Positions 61,355 to 64,000 of a stretch of 64,000 bases of DNA are shown here, in pieces. How positions within the stretch are numbered: the first letter of the stretch is position 1; each line of letters opens with the position of its first letter. The position numbers were made by a program, and so were the translations under genes. The notes beneath the pieces were generated by a model, which saw only the letters and a list, made by a program, of their open reading frames with translations, searched no databases and was not told the origin of the DNA. The DNA comes from Raja brachyura (taxonomy: Eukaryota): assembly GCA_963514005.1 (NCBI GenBank), contig OY740808.1, forward strand, positions 11,966,001 through 12,030,000, in the 5' to 3' direction.

Positions 61355-61961
61355 CTGCGAAGTAAAGGTTAGGAAAATGTGAGGGCAATATATAACTAAT
61401 ATATTGCAATCATCCTACTCATCCACTGACTGATTAATGCATTGTCCAATTTTGAGGAATCAAAGCTATCTGATTAGTTTGTGATCGTCATTAACACCAT
61501 TGAAAATTATTATTGTAAATGGAAAAACTTGCAGAGGCCAGAAATTTGAAAGAAAACCAGAAAATTAGAGAAATGTAAAGCAAGTCCAGCAGCATCTGTG
61601 GAATAATTGCATGAAAGGTCTTTCACTTGAAATGTTTCTCTTCCATAGTTGCTACATGATCAGCTGACCAATTTCAGTATGTTCTATTTTTATCACTGCA
61701 TTCTCACCATCAGAGAAGTCATCAGAAAAAAATATTTGATCCATATTGATTTTAATCTTTGTCATTGCGATTGGTTAGCATTGCTGGGTTCCCAAAAGTA
61801 CCGGCAGCCATTGATCGCATTTTTGTGACCACAAGGACTCCCATTAATAATGCACTTTTTTTTATTATCAAGAAAAAATTATCTTTCCCCTAACCAGTTT
61901 TCAAGAGTTTTCATCTAATTTAGCTGAGAATAATGTACATCACAGTGTATCGATCAGATTG

Positions 61962-62148
61962 TGTAGGAGGGAACTGCAGATGCTGGTTTAAACCAAAAAT
62001 AGACACAAAAAAATGGAATAACTCAGCGGGACAGGCAGCATCTCTGGTGAAAAGGAATAGGCGACATTTCGGGTCAAGACCCAAAATGTCACCTATTCCT
62101 TTTCTCCAGAGATTCTGTCTGACCCGCTAAGTTACTCCAGTTTTTTTA
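61962..62148. mobile_element. Hairpin mini-element with 13-bp TSD (1 mismatch)
   Basis: ATCGATCAGATTG at 61949-61961 and ATCAATCAGATTG at 62149-62161. Confidence 0.75.
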
Positions 62149-62412
62149 ATCAATCAGATTGGCAGGCAGTGTATGTGGATATGCATGAAAGGGTTACTAT
62201 TTCAGAGCAAAGAACTTCACATTCCTAGCAGTGCAGAGATATCCTTATGCAATCAAGGTTCAGTTTAAGCCAAGTACCAGTCAGACATTTAATGGTGCAT
62301 TATAGGCAATAGCTAATGATGTCTCAGCATTAGAAGCACCAAGTTTCACACTGCTCACAAGTGGATGTGATTGCGTTTGCATTACTTTTTCTTGCTCAAT
62401 TCATCACTTTTA

Positions 62413-63513
62413 ACATAGAAACATAGAAATTAGGTGCAGGAGTACGCCATTCGGCCCTTCGAGCCTGCACCGCCATTCAATATGATCATGGCTGATCATC
62501 CAACTCAGTATCCCGTATCTGCCTTCTCTCCATACCCTCTGATCCCCTTAGCCGCAAGGGCCACATCAAACTCCCTCTTAAATATAGCCAATGAACTGGC
62601 CTCAACTACCCTCTGTGGCAGAGAGTTCCAGAGACTCACCACTCTCTGTGTGAAAAAAGTCTTTCTCATCTCGGTCTTAAAGGATTCCCCCTTATCCTTA
62701 AGCTGTGACCCCTTGTCCTGGACATCCCCAACATCGGGAACAATCTTCCTGCATCTAGCCTGTACAACCCCTGAAGAATTTTGTAAGTTTATATAAGATC
62801 TCCTCTGAATCTCCTAAATTCTAGAGAGTATAAACCGAGTCTATCCAGTCTTTCTTCATAAGACAGTCCTGACATCCCAGGAATCAGTCTGATGAACCTT
62901 CTCTGCACTCCCTCTATGGCAATAATGTCCTTCCTCAGATTTGGAGACCAAAACTGTACGCAATACTCCAGGTGTGGTCTCACCAAGACCCTGTACAACT
63001 GAAGTAGAACCTCCCTGCTCTTATACTCAAATCCTTTTGCTATGAAAACTAACATATCATTCGCTTTCTTCACTGCCTGCTGCACCTGCATGTCTACTTT
63101 CAATGACTGGTGTACCATGACACCCAGGTCTCGCTGCATCTCCCCTTTTCCTAATCGGCCACCATTTAGATAATAGTCTGCTTTCCTGTTTTTGCCACCA
63201 AAGTGGATAACCTCACATTTATCCACACTACACTGCATCTGCCAAACATTTGCCCACTCACCCAGCCTATTCCAGTCACCTTGCAGTCTCCTAGCATCCT
63301 CCTCACAGCTAACACTGCCCCCCAGCTTAGTGTCATTCGCAAACTTGGAGATATTGCCTTCAAATCCCTCATCCAGATCATTAATATATATTGTAAATAG
63401 CTGTGGTCCCAGCACTGAGCCTTGCGGTACCCCACTAGTCACTGCCTGCCATTGTGAAACGGACCCGTTTACTCCTACTCTTTGCTTCCTGTTTGCCAGC
63501 CAGTTCTCTATCC
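62413..63513 (-). mobile_element. CR1 LINE, 5'-truncated (same subfamily as 48779-50990)
   Basis: [34 protein letters not shown]; (CATAGAAA)n tail. Confidence 0.92.
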
Positions 63514-64000
63514 AAAATCCCTGTAACAAGTTCTCTATAACAAAATCCCAGTATGTGTCAATCTCATGCAGAAAGACAAGATGTCTGATCTCACAATGTC
63601 TTTGTTCCTATTATTCAGCCTCTCGATTGGTTCCTCTCTCATGAGGATCTGAGGCACAAGTAGTGTAAGAACACGTTGAGTGGAGAAAGGTTTCTCAGAA
63701 AAGGACTCAACATCATTATGGAATTCTTACTCAGGTATTAGATATAAACAATGGCACTAATCAAATTATGTCATTATACATTTCATTACCAATTTATTAA
63801 TTTTATTAATCCAAGATTAATCCCTTTTGGAGGAAAAACATCCATTGAAGCATGCGACTGAGTCTGACCACAAACCGGTTGACCAAAAGTATATGATATT
63901 AGCAACCTTAGCATAGTGCAATAACAGCAACTGCTAAACCACTGTAGCTTTTCCCTGCTAATTGAATGGCAACATTTTCCGACAACTGGACACTTGACGT

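Overview
Vertebrate genomic DNA, almost certainly from a cartilaginous fish; the repeat landscape suggests a skate or ray (inference). The left half holds two complete, apparently functional immunoglobulin light-chain clusters on the + strand. Each has an octamer promoter, a leader exon, a germline-JOINED VJ exon with no RSS and a single C exon, and both are of the elasmobranch type II/lambda class. About 9 kb downstream and convergent is GP1BB (platelet/thrombocyte glycoprotein Ib beta, - strand), followed by the last eight coding exons of SEPTIN5 (- strand; its 5' exons lie beyond the window). The rest is retroelement-rich: nested CR1 LINEs, Rex1/Babar, L1, L2/Crack-like, tRNA-SINEs, Penelope GIY-YIG fragments, a Harbinger-like MITE and a possible 4.7-kb DNA-transposon shell. 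Two observations stand out. First, Ig-lambda clusters directly abut GP1BB-SEPT5, genes that share human 22q11.2 with IGL. Second, an abundant family of ~200-bp Penelope-derived hairpin mini-elements is flanked by 13-15-bp target-site duplications and carries a hammerhead-ribozyme-like core (CUGAAGA..GAAAC-GUC). One assembly gap lies at 9878-10038.
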